DNA of 64,000 nt, taken from assembly GCA_902626645.1 (NCBI GenBank), contig CACOGC010000006.1, positions 18,744 through 82,743 on the forward strand, written 5' to 3'. Source of the DNA: an uncultured Pelagibacteraceae bacterium (GTDB lineage Bacteria; Pseudomonadota; Alphaproteobacteria; Pelagibacterales; Pelagibacteraceae). Below the pieces are notes generated by a model. The model saw nothing but the letters and a program-made list of their open reading frames with translations, made no database searches and was not told where the DNA came from. Shown piece after piece: positions 7,690 to 18,593 of this stretch (positions are counted from its first letter, which is position 1; every line of letters starts with the position of its first letter). A program made the position numbers and the translations under genes.

Positions 7690-8679
7690 ATGGAATTTAA
7701 TCAAGAAGTAAAACAGGCAACAGATCCTATATATAAAAAAATTTCAAAAGTTATGCCTGAAATTGAATGGTCAGTGCATGCTCCTTATATTCATAAAATA
7801 AATAAACTTAAAAAAGAAAAGAACGCAGTAATTTTAGCTCACAATTATCAAACCCCAGAAATTTATCATGGTATTGCAGATTTCTCAGCAGACTCTCTAG
7901 CTCTTGCCGTGGAAGCTTCAAAAACTTCAGCAGATATAATTGTTATGGCTGGTGTACATTTTATGGCTGAAACTGCAAAACTAATGAGTCCAAATAAAAA
8001 AGTCTTGCTACCTGATATGAAAGCAGGTTGTTCTCTTTCATCTTCAATTACGGGAAAAGATGTAAGATTATTAAAAGAAAAATATCCTGGTGTTCCAGTA
8101 GTTTCTTATGTCAATACTTCTGCAGATGTTAAAGCTGAAACAGATGTGTGTTGTACGTCTGCAAATGCTGTAAAGATTGTAAAATCTTTAGGAGTTAAGA
8201 AAGTAATTTTTCTACCAGATGATTATCTTGCAAAATATGTTGCTTCTCAAACAGATGTTGAGATCATTTCTTGGAAAGGGATTTGTATTGTTCATGATCA
8301 ATTTAACGAAAAAGAGATTCAAAATATTAGAAAGAGCAACCCAGGGATAAAAATCATAGCTCATCCTGAATGTCCACCAGATGTAATCAAAGCAAGTGAT
8401 TTTGCTGGATCAACTTCAGGAATGATAAATTATGTTAAAGATAATCAGCCTAAAAAAGTAATGATGGTTACCGAATGTTCAATGAGTGACAATATTCAAG
8501 TCGAAAATCCTAATGTAGAATTTATTAGACCATGCAACATGTGTCCTCATATGAAAAAAATAACCTTACCAAAAATATTAGATTGTTTAGAGAATGAAAC
8601 TGGTGAAATTATTATGGATCAAGAAACAATCAATAAAGCAAGAATGTCAGTTGAAAAAATGGTTGCTATTGGCAGATAA
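7690..8679 (+). CDS. nadA: Quinolinate synthase
   Basis: 'ILAHNYQ.PEI..IADF.ADSLALA', 'GVHFMAETAK' and conserved Cys residues. Start placed at ATG 7690. Confidence 0.9.
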   Translation: MEFNQEVKQATDPIYKKISKVMPEIEWSVHAPYIHKINKLKKEKNAVILAHNYQTPEIYHGIADFSADSLALAVEASKTSADIIVMAGVHFMAETAKLMSPNKKVLLPDMKAGCSLSSSITGKDVRLLKEKYPGVPVVSYVNTSADVKAETDVCCTSANAVKIVKSLGVKKVIFLPDDYLAKYVASQTDVEIISWKGICIVHDQFNEKEIQNIRKSNPGIKIIAHPECPPDVIKASDFAGSTSGMINYVKDNQPKKVMMVTECSMSDNIQVENPNVEFIRPCNMCPHMKKITLPKILDCLENETGEIIMDQETINKARMSVEKMVAIGR

Positions 8680-8685
8680 CTTTTT

Positions 8686-9519
8686 GTGTCTCAAATTAAA
8701 CTTAGTGAAAATTTTATAAAAAGTAATGTCAAACTTGCACTCAATGAAGATTTATATCCATCGGGCGATATTACTTCTGGTTTAATCGGAAATAATAAGA
8801 TTATTGAGGCAAAATTAATATCTAATCAGGATGCTATCATTGGTGGACTACTATTTGTAAAATATACGTTTTTACTTATCGATAAAAAAATTAAGTTTAC
8901 TGTAAAAATGAAAGATGGATCTTTTGTTAAAAAAAATTCAACAATCGCAATTATTAGAGGAAATAAAAAAAATATTTTGATAGCAGAAAGAGTTGCGCTA
9001 AATTTTTTATCTCATATTTCGGGCATAGCCACAAAAACAAATCAATTTGTAAAATTGGCAGGTAAAAAATGTAAAATTTGTTGCACTAGAAAAACTATAC
9101 CTAATTTAAGAGTTATACAAAAATATGCGGTAAAATTAGGTGGAGGAACTAACCATAGATTTAACTTAAGTGACGAATTTTTGATAAAAGACAATCATAT
9201 TGCAAATTCAAACATAAGAGAATTAGTAAGTTTGGCAATCAAAAATAAAAAACGAAAAAAAATAACAGTGGAAGTAGACACAATTAAACAGCTGAAGAAA
9301 ATAATCGGATTAAAATTTGATCGTGTTTTATTTGATAATATGAATGTTAAAAATTTAAAATTAGGAGTTAAACTTGCAAAAAAATACTATCAAACTGAAG
9401 CTTCAGGAAATATAAATCTCAGAAAAGTTAAATCGATTGCAAAAACTGGTGTAGATAGAATTTCTGTTGGTGGAATAACTCATAGCGCACCAGCGATTGA
9501 TTTTAAATTAGAAATTTAA
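8686..9519 (+). CDS. nadC: Nicotinate-nucleotide pyrophosphorylase (quinolinate phosphoribosyltransferase)
   Basis: 'ALNEDL..GDITS', 'ERVALNFL.H.SGIAT', 'TRKT.P.LR...KYAV..GGG.NHRF.LSD' and 'VGGITHS'. GTG start 7 nt after nadA. Confidence 0.85.
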   Translation: MSQIKLSENFIKSNVKLALNEDLYPSGDITSGLIGNNKIIEAKLISNQDAIIGGLLFVKYTFLLIDKKIKFTVKMKDGSFVKKNSTIAIIRGNKKNILIAERVALNFLSHISGIATKTNQFVKLAGKKCKICCTRKTIPNLRVIQKYAVKLGGGTNHRFNLSDEFLIKDNHIANSNIRELVSLAIKNKKRKKITVEVDTIKQLKKIIGLKFDRVLFDNMNVKNLKLGVKLAKKYYQTEASGNINLRKVKSIAKTGVDRISVGGITHSAPAIDFKLEI

Positions 9520-9887
9520 TTAACAAATTTTGAAAGATCTGGTTTGAAGTAATTTGGACCTTTCATTACTTTACCGTGTTCATTATAAATTGGTTTTCCA
9601 TTCTCGTCTAACTTGCTCATATTAGAATTTTGAACTTCATCAAAACACTTATCTAAATCAATTCCAAAAGCATGTCCTGCCCCATAGGTAACATATAAAA
9701 TATCAGTTAAAGCATCAGCAACCTCCAATAAATCCTTATTATTCATTGCATCTGTTAACTCACTCAATTCCTCATTTATTAGATCTAATCGCAGTTTATT
9801 GATTTTATCTGTGCTAAATGAAGGTTTATTTTTAACCTCTTGACCAAAGGTTTTCATAAAAATACCAACCTTACTAAAATTTGACAT
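9516..9887 (-). CDS. MazG-like nucleotide pyrophosphohydrolase domain protein
   Basis: 123 aa with the all-alpha NTP-PPase pattern 'LINEELSELTDA....LEVADALTDILYVTYG'. Convergent 4-nt overlap with nadC. Confidence 0.5.
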   Translation of the reverse strand: MSNFSKVGIFMKTFGQEVKNKPSFSTDKINKLRLDLINEELSELTDAMNNKDLLEVADALTDILYVTYGAGHAFGIDLDKCFDEVQNSNMSKLDENGKPIYNEHGKVMKGPNYFKPDLSKFVN

Positions 9888-9953
9888 AATGCTCCTGTAT
9901 GTTTTTTAAAATTAATGTATATTTATAGTAATTTAATATTTGCCTATTAATCA

Positions 9954-11342
9954 ATGAAATTAAGAAAAGAATTCGATAGTATTGGAGCAATTAATGTTCC
10001 TAATGATAAATATTGGGGAGCATCGACTCAAAGATCAAAAAAATATTTCGATATTGGTGAATTTCTAGTTCGGCCAGTTTTAATAAAATCTATTGCAATC
10101 ATTAAAAAGGCTGCTGCTATAGTTCATAGAAAAGAAAAACAGATTGTACCAAAAATTTCTTATGCCATTGTAAAAGCGTCTAATGAGGTAATTAGCGGTA
10201 AATTAGACGAACACTTCCCACTAAAAGTTTGGCAAACTGGCTCTGGTACTCAAACTAATATGAATGTAAATGAGGTAATTGCAAATAGAGCAATCGAAAT
10301 TTTAGGTGGAAGAAAAGGCACAAAAAAACCAGTTCATCCAAATGATCATGTTAATAAATCTCAATCTACCAATGATGTATTTCCTACAGCAATGCATATA
10401 GCTATAGCTATGGAAACTAAAAATAAGTTGCTACCATCTCTTGAGCTTTTAAATAGGGAATTGAAAAAAAAAGTTTCCCAATTTAAAAATATTATAAAAG
10501 TTGGAAGAACTCATCTTCAAGACGCAACTCCTTTGTCATTGGGGCAAGAGTTTTCAGGATATCAATCTCAATTAGAGGATTGTATTGTAAGAATTAAAAA
10601 TGCTTTAAATGAAATTTATTATTTAGCTCAGGGTGGTACTGCAGTTGGCACAGGAATTAATAGTAAAAAAGGTTTTGATAAAAAAGTAATAATTGAAATT
10701 AAAAAAATAACTAAACTACCCTTTAAACCGACTAAGAATAAATTTGCTGCGTTGGCAGCTCATGATGAAATAGTAAATTTTTCTGGAACCTTAAATACTA
10801 CTGCTGTCAGTTTGATGAAAATTGCAAATGATATAAGATTTTTAGGATCTGGGCCCAGAGCCGGATATGGTGAAATAATTTTACCAGCAAATGAGCCAGG
10901 TTCATCTATTATGCCCGGCAAAGTTAACCCAACACAATCAGAAGCAGTGACAATGGTTTGTGTTAAGGTAATTGGAAATCATAATGGAATAACAATGGCA
11001 GGTTCTCACGGACATTTTGAGCTAAATGTTTTTAAACCACTAATTGCTCATAACATTTTACAATCTATTGATCTTCTTGCAGATAGCACGAATAATTTTG
11101 CTTTATATTGTGTTAAAGGAATTAAAGCAGATAAAGTAAAAATTAAAAAATCTTTAGATAATTCATTAATGTTAGTTACTGCGTTAGCTCCTCACATCGG
11201 ATATGACAATTCAGCTAAAATAGCTAAAACAGCTCTTAAAAAAGGTACGACCTTAAGAGAGGAAGCTTTGAAAACAAAATTAATTAATGAAAAAGATTTT
11301 GATAGAATTGTGAATCCAAAAAAAATGATTTATCCAAAATAA
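9954..11342 (+). CDS. fumC: Fumarate hydratase, class II
   Basis: '[21 protein letters not shown]' plus the lyase-1 signature '[16 protein letters not shown]'. Confidence 0.9.
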   Translation: MKLRKEFDSIGAINVPNDKYWGASTQRSKKYFDIGEFLVRPVLIKSIAIIKKAAAIVHRKEKQIVPKISYAIVKASNEVISGKLDEHFPLKVWQTGSGTQTNMNVNEVIANRAIEILGGRKGTKKPVHPNDHVNKSQSTNDVFPTAMHIAIAMETKNKLLPSLELLNRELKKKVSQFKNIIKVGRTHLQDATPLSLGQEFSGYQSQLEDCIVRIKNALNEIYYLAQGGTAVGTGINSKKGFDKKVIIEIKKITKLPFKPTKNKFAALAAHDEIVNFSGTLNTTAVSLMKIANDIRFLGSGPRAGYGEIILPANEPGSSIMPGKVNPTQSEAVTMVCVKVIGNHNGITMAGSHGHFELNVFKPLIAHNILQSIDLLADSTNNFALYCVKGIKADKVKIKKSLDNSLMLVTALAPHIGYDNSAKIAKTALKKGTTLREEALKTKLINEKDFDRIVNPKKMIYPK

Positions 11343-12817
11343 GCTATCAAGATATCATTTACAAAGTTTTTAAAAGTAATTTTATTTAAAAATCTTTTAT
11401 TACTTGAATTAAAATTTGAAATAATTTCCTCAATTTCTTTATTGGATTTATTATCAATTCTTAAATTATCAAAAGTAATTTTTTCCTCATTTAAATCATA
11501 ATTAAAATCTAACTCAATTTTATCAATATTTTTTCTTAGTTCTTTTTTAATTTGAAAAAATTTAAAAAACTCGTCTTTATCTTTAACATCGAACGATGTT
11601 CTTCCGTTTAAATTAATTTTACCCTTATCAAAATTTAAAAAAGCGTCTGAAAAAAGTACTTTAACATTTTCCTTCCAAGTAATATTAGAATTTGAAAAAT
11701 TATAATTTCCATCCTCTATTTTCAGTTTTAGTGATAAATCTGAAAATCTATCAAAGTCATAAACATTTTTCACATCGAAATTCATTAAAGCATTAAGGTT
11801 TTTGTTGTTTAATATTTGAGATTTTAAAATCTCTAAAAAAAAAGGGTTGTTTAAAAGATCTCTTATTCGAAAAGTTTGATAATTTAAATTTGATATTAAA
11901 TAAAAAGGTTTAAATTCTAATGAAACTTTAAATGTCTTATTTGTATCATTCAAAAAAATGTCCATAGTATTCTTGTTTATTTGATATTTGAAAATATTAT
12001 TTCTATTTTTAAAGCTTATTTTTAAACTTCCAGTATCATCTTCCATTTTATAATCTGTTCTATTTTCAATTTTTAATACAAGCTTTTTTGAAACTAATTC
12101 AAAATTTAAAATTTCATTTAATTTATCATTTCCTATAATTAATTTATAAGGGACATTAAAAATTTTACCTTTTGAAAAAAAAATATTCTTTAAATTTTTA
12201 AGATCATAATAAAACTGGCTATCATTTATTTGATTGATAAATAAAACTTCATCATCTTTATTCATAAAAAAAATATTACTTCTTTTAATTTTAATTTTGT
12301 TTCTATTCGGCTCAGTTTTTAAAAGCTTTTTAAAAAGACTTAAGTCAGATTTTTTTATATTAAAAGCTGCTTTATCAAAAATTACATCTTGGGTTTTAAT
12401 TTGGTTAAATTTAAAGAAATTTTTAAAATCAATTAAAATTTTAAAATTTTTTACCTCTCCAACTTTTGATTGATCATTAAGAATTGATAAATTTTTCGAA
12501 CTAAAATGAGGTTTGGGGAAAAAATTATACTGTATCTCATTATCAAATTTTATAGCCAAATTATATTTTTGATAAATTTGATTCTTTATTTCTTTTTTTA
12601 TCAACTCTTTATTGTAAGCGGTTGGTATTAAAAAATAAATAAGTGTCAAAAATATAGTCGAAACTATAGTCAAAAAAACTCTATTATTCTTACCAAACCT
12701 TAGTCTTCTCAAATCTAAGATAAAACGTCTTAAACTATTGAAATAATTCTCTAATAAATTATTTATGGTAGAGATTTGTTTTCCAATTTTTTTTGACAAT
12801 AAATTTTGTTTTCTCAT
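11330..12817 (-). CDS. Membrane-anchored, N/K/F-rich envelope protein, possibly AsmA-like
   Basis: 495 aa with a basic N-terminus and one TM segment ('[19 protein letters not shown]'). The following segment '[41 protein letters not shown]' resembles the AsmA N-terminal pattern. The rest is low complexity. Confidence 0.35.
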   Translation of the reverse strand: MRKQNLLSKKIGKQISTINNLLENYFNSLRRFILDLRRLRFGKNNRVFLTIVSTIFLTLIYFLIPTAYNKELIKKEIKNQIYQKYNLAIKFDNEIQYNFFPKPHFSSKNLSILNDQSKVGEVKNFKILIDFKNFFKFNQIKTQDVIFDKAAFNIKKSDLSLFKKLLKTEPNRNKIKIKRSNIFFMNKDDEVLFINQINDSQFYYDLKNLKNIFFSKGKIFNVPYKLIIGNDKLNEILNFELVSKKLVLKIENRTDYKMEDDTGSLKISFKNRNNIFKYQINKNTMDIFLNDTNKTFKVSLEFKPFYLISNLNYQTFRIRDLLNNPFFLEILKSQILNNKNLNALMNFDVKNVYDFDRFSDLSLKLKIEDGNYNFSNSNITWKENVKVLFSDAFLNFDKGKINLNGRTSFDVKDKDEFFKFFQIKKELRKNIDKIELDFNYDLNEEKITFDNLRIDNKSNKEIEEIISNFNSSNKRFLNKITFKNFVNDILIAYFG

Positions 12818-12851
12818 ATAAATTGAAACAAGTTATAATTTAAAATTAAAA

Positions 12852-14885
12852 ATGTTAAACTCTGAATATTTAAAAAACTTAAATAAAGCTCAAAAAGAGG
12901 CAGTTACATATCTTGATGGACCACTTTTAATTGTGGCTGGAGCTGGTTCTGGGAAGACTAAAGTGCTAACCACAAGGATAGCAAATATAATCAAAGAAAA
13001 AAAAGCTTATCCTAACCAAATTCTAGCAGTTACTTTTACGAATAAAGCGGCTAAAGAAATGCAAATTAGAGTGAGCAAAATTTTGGGATCTTCTGCTACA
13101 GGATTATCATGGCTTGGAACTTTTCACTCTATCTGTGCGAAGCTTTTAAGAAAACATGCTCCTGCAGTCAATTTAAAATCAAATTTTACAATTATAGATA
13201 CGGATGATCAAACAAGACTTATCAAAAATATATGTAAAGCCGAAAATATTGATATCAAACAATTGGCTCCACGATATATTCTTGCAATAATTGATAAGTG
13301 GAAAAATAAAGGATTTTATCCAAATGAAGTCCTAATAAATCAAAAAGATGTTTATGAAAAAACTATTCTGCCAATTTATAAAATTTATCAACAAAAACTA
13401 ATTGACTTAAATTCATGTGACTTCGGTGACCTAATTCTTCATGCAGTCAAGATTCTAGAAAAAAACAAAGATCTAAGAGAAATTTACTCAAAAAATTTTA
13501 AATATATTTTGGTTGATGAATATCAAGATACAAATTTTATACAAAATAAATGGCTTAAATTACTTACAGAAAAAAATGAAAATATCTGCTGTGTAGGAGA
13601 TGATGATCAGTCAATTTATAGTTGGAGAGGAGCAGAAATAAAAAATTTTTTAGAATTTGATCAAGTTTATGAAAATACAAAAGTAATTAGACTAGAGGAA
13701 AATTACAGATCTACTGAAAATATTCTAGCTGTTGCATCAAACTTAATAGCAAATAACGAAAATAGAGTTGGCAAAACATTAAAGACAACTTTAAATGAGG
13801 GTGAATTAGTCAAGTTGAATTGTTATAAAAATGGAAAAGACGAGGCTATTGGAATTTCAGACGAGATTGAAAAAATAAAACAAGAATATTCATATAATAA
13901 TATCACTATTCTTGTAAGGGCGATATTTCAAACAAGAGAATTTGAAGAAAGATTTTTAAAAATTGGATTACCTTACAGAATTTTAGGAGGAATAAAATTT
14001 TATGAGAGAGCTGAAATAAAAGATTGTATTGCATATTTAAGATTAGTTTACCAAGAAAAAGATGATCTAGCTTTTGAACGAATTGTTAACAATCCAAAAC
14101 GCTCAATTGGTGATAGTACCATAAAAAACATCCATGAATTTTCAAAAAGACAAAAAGATTGTTTAGAGATTTCATCTCGAAAAATGATAGAGGAAAATTT
14201 AATCAAACCAAAGGCTAAAATCGGTTTGATGTCCTTTTTAGATTTAATTTCAAAATGGAGAAATGATCTAACAATAAAAAAAATGGGTCATGTTAAATTA
14301 TTACAAACTATTCTTGATGAGTCTGGATATTCAGCAATGCTTAAAAATAAAAAAGATCTAGAAAATGAAAACAGACTTGAAAATATAAAAGAATTGTTGA
14401 GCGCGATGAAAGAATTTGATAATTTGGAAAGTTTTTTAGATCATGTTTCACTAGCAACATCAATTGATCAAGAATGGGAAGGTGAAAAGGTTAATATGAT
14501 GACAATGCATGCCGCGAAAGGTCTTGAGTTTGATGTAATTTTTTTACCTGGTTGGGAAGAAGGACTTTTTCCTCACCAAAAATCTATAGAAGAAAAAGGT
14601 CAAAGTGGTTTAGAGGAAGAAAGAAGACTGGCCTATGTCGGTTTAACCAGAGCAAAAAAAAAAGTAGTAGTATCTTTTTCAATGAACAGATTTTATCAAG
14701 GTGATTGGATAGATAGTATGGCGTCAAGATTTATTGACGAGCTACCTGACAAATATTTAGAAAAAAATTCTTTTTTCGATGAAACCAAGGAAGAGATAGA
14801 AGAATTTGAATTTAATCAAGATATTGAAAATGAAAGCGGTATAAATAGCCCCGGATGGATAAGATATCAAAAAAGAATTAAATGA
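12852..14885 (+). CDS. uvrD: UvrD/PcrA/Rep-family ATP-dependent DNA helicase
   Basis: Walker A 'AGAGSGKT', 'LAVTFTNKAA.EM', 'ILVDEYQDTN', 'GDDDQSIYSWRGA', 'NYRST', 'MT.H.AKGLEF' and 'EEERRLAYVG.TRA'. Confidence 0.85.
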   Translation: MLNSEYLKNLNKAQKEAVTYLDGPLLIVAGAGSGKTKVLTTRIANIIKEKKAYPNQILAVTFTNKAAKEMQIRVSKILGSSATGLSWLGTFHSICAKLLRKHAPAVNLKSNFTIIDTDDQTRLIKNICKAENIDIKQLAPRYILAIIDKWKNKGFYPNEVLINQKDVYEKTILPIYKIYQQKLIDLNSCDFGDLILHAVKILEKNKDLREIYSKNFKYILVDEYQDTNFIQNKWLKLLTEKNENICCVGDDDQSIYSWRGAEIKNFLEFDQVYENTKVIRLEENYRSTENILAVASNLIANNENRVGKTLKTTLNEGELVKLNCYKNGKDEAIGISDEIEKIKQEYSYNNITILVRAIFQTREFEERFLKIGLPYRILGGIKFYERAEIKDCIAYLRLVYQEKDDLAFERIVNNPKRSIGDSTIKNIHEFSKRQKDCLEISSRKMIEENLIKPKAKIGLMSFLDLISKWRNDLTIKKMGHVKLLQTILDESGYSAMLKNKKDLENENRLENIKELLSAMKEFDNLESFLDHVSLATSIDQEWEGEKVNMMTMHAAKGLEFDVIFLPGWEEGLFPHQKSIEEKGQSGLEEERRLAYVGLTRAKKKVVVSFSMNRFYQGDWIDSMASRFIDELPDKYLEKNSFFDETKEEIEEFEFNQDIENESGINSPGWIRYQKRIK

Positions 14886-16582
14886 TTAATTATCGAATAA
14901 ACAAACTAATAAGTAAATTTAATAAGTACGATATAGATGGATATATTATTCCCAAAAATGATGAATTTTTTTCAGAATATTCTGCAAATGATAGGCTTAA
15001 AACAATCTCAAACTTTTCTGGCTCCGCTGGTTATTCAATCATTCTTAAAAAGAAAAACTATTTATTTGTTGATGGAAGATACACTATCCAAGCAAAAAAA
15101 GAGACAGGTAAAAAATTTCAAGTTATAGACTTACATAAAATTATTAATTGTAATTTGCTCAAAAATTTGTCAATAGGTTTTGATCCAAAACTTTTTACAT
15201 CTACACAAATAAAGAGGTTTTTTTTTAAGAATAATAAAGTGAAAAGTATTGAGTCAAATTTAATTGATCAAATTCATAAATATGAGGTTAAATTAAATAA
15301 ACCTTTTTTTTCTCTTAATAATAAAGTAGTTGGAGAAAACTATAAAACTAAAATAACAAAAATAAGAAAATACTTAAACAAAAATAAATCAGATTATTTA
15401 TTTATCACAGCACCTGAGAATGTTGCATGGCTTCTTAATATAAGAGGACATGACAACCCGAATAGTCCCATTCCTAATTGTCACTTAATCATAGACAATA
15501 AAAATAGTTTTTATTTAATTACTCATAAAAATAAAGTTTCAAAGTTAATTAGAGAAAAAAAATTGAAATCTAATCAAATAATTGAGCCAAAGAATTTTAA
15601 TAAATTTATTATAAATCTTAAAGGTAAAAAAATTATAATTGATAAAAATACTTGCTCAATTTTTTTTGAAAATATGATTAAAAAAAAGTTTAAAATTTTA
15701 AAAAAAGACGATCCAATTTATTTACTCAAATCATTAAAAAATAAAACAGAAATCAAAAATATGTTAAAAAGTCATGTTTTTGATGGTGTTGCATTAACAA
15801 AATTTATTTATTGGATCAAAAATATTAACAAAAAAAAAATTACTGAACTTGAGGCACAAAATAAATTAGAAAATTTTAGAAAAAAAAATAAAGAGTATTT
15901 ATATCCAAGTTTTAATACTATTGCTGGTGCTGGAGGGAATGGTGCTATTGTCCATTATAGGGCGACAAAAATAAATACAAAAAAAATTAATAAAAAAGAT
16001 ATTTTTTTATGTGATTCTGGTGGACAATATAAATATGGTACTACGGATGTAACTAGAACAATTTGTTTCTCAAAACCCAAAAAGAATATAAAAAATATTT
16101 TCACACGAGTTTTAAAAGGTCATATTGCAGTTGTAAAATCAAATTTAAATAAATATTCCTCAGGTAATCTGATAGATATTAGAGCTAGAAAATTTTTAAA
16201 AGAGATCAATTTAGATTACCAACATGGAACTGGACATGGTGTAGGTTTTTTTTTAAATGTACATGAAGGGCCCCAAGGTATATCTAAATTTAATAAGATT
16301 AAGTTACTTGAGGGAATGATTTTGAGTAATGAACCAGGATATTATAAAAAAGATAAATTTGGAATACGTATAGAAAATTTAATTTATGTTAAAAAAAATA
16401 AAAATAATCTGTGCTTTGAAAATTTAACACTAGCTCCAATCGATAAAGATTTAATTAATTTCGATTTATTAACAAATGATGAAAAAAATTACCTTTGGAA
16501 ATATAATTTGGATATTTACACAAAACTTCATAAATATTTAAACCCAAGTGAAAAAAGATGGTTAGCTACTTTTATTCAATAA
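14882..16582 (+). CDS. pepP: Xaa-Pro aminopeptidase (M24B, aminopeptidase P family)
   Basis: 566 aa with a creatinase-like N-terminal region. M24 metal ligands are present: 'FLCDSGGQY..GTTDVTRT', 'HGTGHGVGFFLNVHEGP' and 'SNEPGYY'. Confidence 0.8.
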   Translation: MINYRINKLISKFNKYDIDGYIIPKNDEFFSEYSANDRLKTISNFSGSAGYSIILKKKNYLFVDGRYTIQAKKETGKKFQVIDLHKIINCNLLKNLSIGFDPKLFTSTQIKRFFFKNNKVKSIESNLIDQIHKYEVKLNKPFFSLNNKVVGENYKTKITKIRKYLNKNKSDYLFITAPENVAWLLNIRGHDNPNSPIPNCHLIIDNKNSFYLITHKNKVSKLIREKKLKSNQIIEPKNFNKFIINLKGKKIIIDKNTCSIFFENMIKKKFKILKKDDPIYLLKSLKNKTEIKNMLKSHVFDGVALTKFIYWIKNINKKKITELEAQNKLENFRKKNKEYLYPSFNTIAGAGGNGAIVHYRATKINTKKINKKDIFLCDSGGQYKYGTTDVTRTICFSKPKKNIKNIFTRVLKGHIAVVKSNLNKYSSGNLIDIRARKFLKEINLDYQHGTGHGVGFFLNVHEGPQGISKFNKIKLLEGMILSNEPGYYKKDKFGIRIENLIYVKKNKNNLCFENLTLAPIDKDLINFDLLTNDEKNYLWKYNLDIYTKLHKYLNPSEKRWLATFIQ

Positions 16583-18592
16583 TTTATGTAATTCTGATTG
16601 ATCTATAATTTTAATCTTTAACTCTTTTGCAGCTTCGACTTTCCGTTTAGTAGGTTTCTCTCCAATTATCAGATAATCAAGTTTTTTTGAAACATTACTT
16701 ATTATTGTTCCTGAATTTTTTTCTATTAAAGACTTAGCCTCTGCTCTACTCATGCCTGTTAATTTTCCCGTAAACATAAATATCTTATCACTTAATACAC
16801 CATCTTTTTTATTTTCTATTGTTTTCTTGATTTTTAAAATTTTTTGAAGATCTTGAATTACCTTTACATTTGTCTTATTCAAAAAAAATTTTTTTAAAGA
16901 AATTATTTGAGTTTCACCAATCCCATCAATATTTAGTAAATCATCAATTTTATTTTCTTTGAAAAGATTTATAAAATTTTCAGGACTTTTAAGTGTTTTT
17001 GCAATCAATTTAGCATTTTCAAAACCAATATGTCTTATTCCAAGAGCATATATGAATTTTTCAAAGGAAATATTTTTCTTTTCTTCAATTGCATATTTTA
17101 AATTTGCTACTGATTGTTGACCCCATCCATCCATTGTTTTTATTTTTTCATAATTCAAAAAAAAAATATCTTGTGGTAATTTAATCATTTTCAGTTTCCA
17201 AAAATTTTCTACAATTTTTTTTCCAAAACCATCAATATTAAATGCTTCTTTTGATACAAAGTGCTTAATTTTTTCTATTGTCATTTTATCACATTCATAT
17301 CCCTCACTTGAACATCTTCTTACTGCATCATTTTTTTTAGTAATCGAATTGTACTCTTTAATTGTTTTAGCTCCACAAGATGGACACTTGATTGGAAAAA
17401 TATATTTTTTTAAGTTTTTTTTTCTTTTTTTTAAATCTACCTCAATAATATGTGGAATAACATCTCCCGCTCTCTCTACAACTACTATATCCCCTATCCT
17501 AATATCTTTTCTTATTATTTCATCTTCATTATGAAGTGTTGCATTCGATACAACTACACCACCAATATTAATTGGTTTTATTTTTGCAACAGGTGTCAAT
17601 GCCCCTGTCCTACCGACTTGAATCTCAATATTTAAAATCTTTGAAATACCTTTATTAGCAGAAAACTTGTGCGCAATAGCCCAACGAGGTGAATTTGCAA
17701 CATTACCTAAACGTTTCTGTAAACCAAAACTATTTATTTTGTAAACGATACCATCAATATCGAAATCAATGTCATTTCTTTTTTTTTCTATTTCTTGGTA
17801 ATTTTTCATTAAATTTTTAATACCTTTTATAGTTTTATTGAATGGATTTGTTTTAAAACCCCACTCGCTTAATTGTTGTAAGAAGTTGCTTTGATTTTTT
17901 ATTTCCATATTATTTACATACCCAAATGTATACGCAATAAACTTTAAAGGAATTTTCTTTGTATCTTGAGGATTTTTTTGTCGTAATGATCCAGACGCAG
18001 CATTTCTTGGGTTAGCAAACTTATCTTTAAGATTTTCAAAATCATTATTTTGAATAAATACTTCACCCCGAATATCTATTTCATCAGGAAAATTTTCAGC
18101 TGAAATATTTTTAGGAATATCATCAATTGTCCTTAAATTATTTGTGATGTCTTCTCCTTCTTTACCGTCACCTCTGGAAAGTCCCATTATAAATTTTCCC
18201 TTTTTAAAAATTAAGGAAGCAGAAATACCATCAATCTTAGGTTCTGCGCTATACTCTAATTCGTTTGAACTTTTTTGGTCTAAAAAGTTATTAATTTTTT
18301 TTTCAAAATTTACTAGATCCTCCTCATCAAAAGCATTTGAAAGTGAAAGCATGGGGATTCTGTGTAAAACTTTTTTAAAAGTTTTAGATGGTTTAAAACC
18401 TACAATTTTAGAGGGTGAATTTGCACTTTCTAAAAAATCATATTTTTTTTCTAAAGATAATATATCTGCTTTAATTTGATCGTACTCATAATCATTCACT
18501 AAAGGCTTGCTTAATTCATAATAATGTTTGTTTAGTTTTACTAAATTTTGAATTTTTTTATTATATTCTTTCTTAACTTTATTTTTATCCAT
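16562..18592 (-). CDS. ligA: NAD-dependent DNA ligase
   Basis: Adenylation Lys in 'EPKIDGIS', Zn-finger 'CPSCGA', HhH region and a C-terminal BRCT ('FTGKL..MSR.EAK..IE..G'). Convergent 21-nt overlap with pepP. Confidence 0.95.
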   Translation of the reverse strand: MDKNKVKKEYNKKIQNLVKLNKHYYELSKPLVNDYEYDQIKADILSLEKKYDFLESANSPSKIVGFKPSKTFKKVLHRIPMLSLSNAFDEEDLVNFEKKINNFLDQKSSNELEYSAEPKIDGISASLIFKKGKFIMGLSRGDGKEGEDITNNLRTIDDIPKNISAENFPDEIDIRGEVFIQNNDFENLKDKFANPRNAASGSLRQKNPQDTKKIPLKFIAYTFGYVNNMEIKNQSNFLQQLSEWGFKTNPFNKTIKGIKNLMKNYQEIEKKRNDIDFDIDGIVYKINSFGLQKRLGNVANSPRWAIAHKFSANKGISKILNIEIQVGRTGALTPVAKIKPINIGGVVVSNATLHNEDEIIRKDIRIGDIVVVERAGDVIPHIIEVDLKKRKKNLKKYIFPIKCPSCGAKTIKEYNSITKKNDAVRRCSSEGYECDKMTIEKIKHFVSKEAFNIDGFGKKIVENFWKLKMIKLPQDIFFLNYEKIKTMDGWGQQSVANLKYAIEEKKNISFEKFIYALGIRHIGFENAKLIAKTLKSPENFINLFKENKIDDLLNIDGIGETQIISLKKFFLNKTNVKVIQDLQKILKIKKTIENKKDGVLSDKIFMFTGKLTGMSRAEAKSLIEKNSGTIISNVSKKLDYLIIGEKPTKRKVEAAKELKIKIIDQSELHKLLNKSS

Positions 18593-18593
18593 C

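Noticed and set aside
7690-9519. nadA-nadC without nadB between or beside them, as evidence for an unusual NAD pathway.
   Set aside because: nadB, or an alternative aspartate dehydrogenase or oxidase, may simply be encoded elsewhere. Absence from a 64-kb window is not informative.
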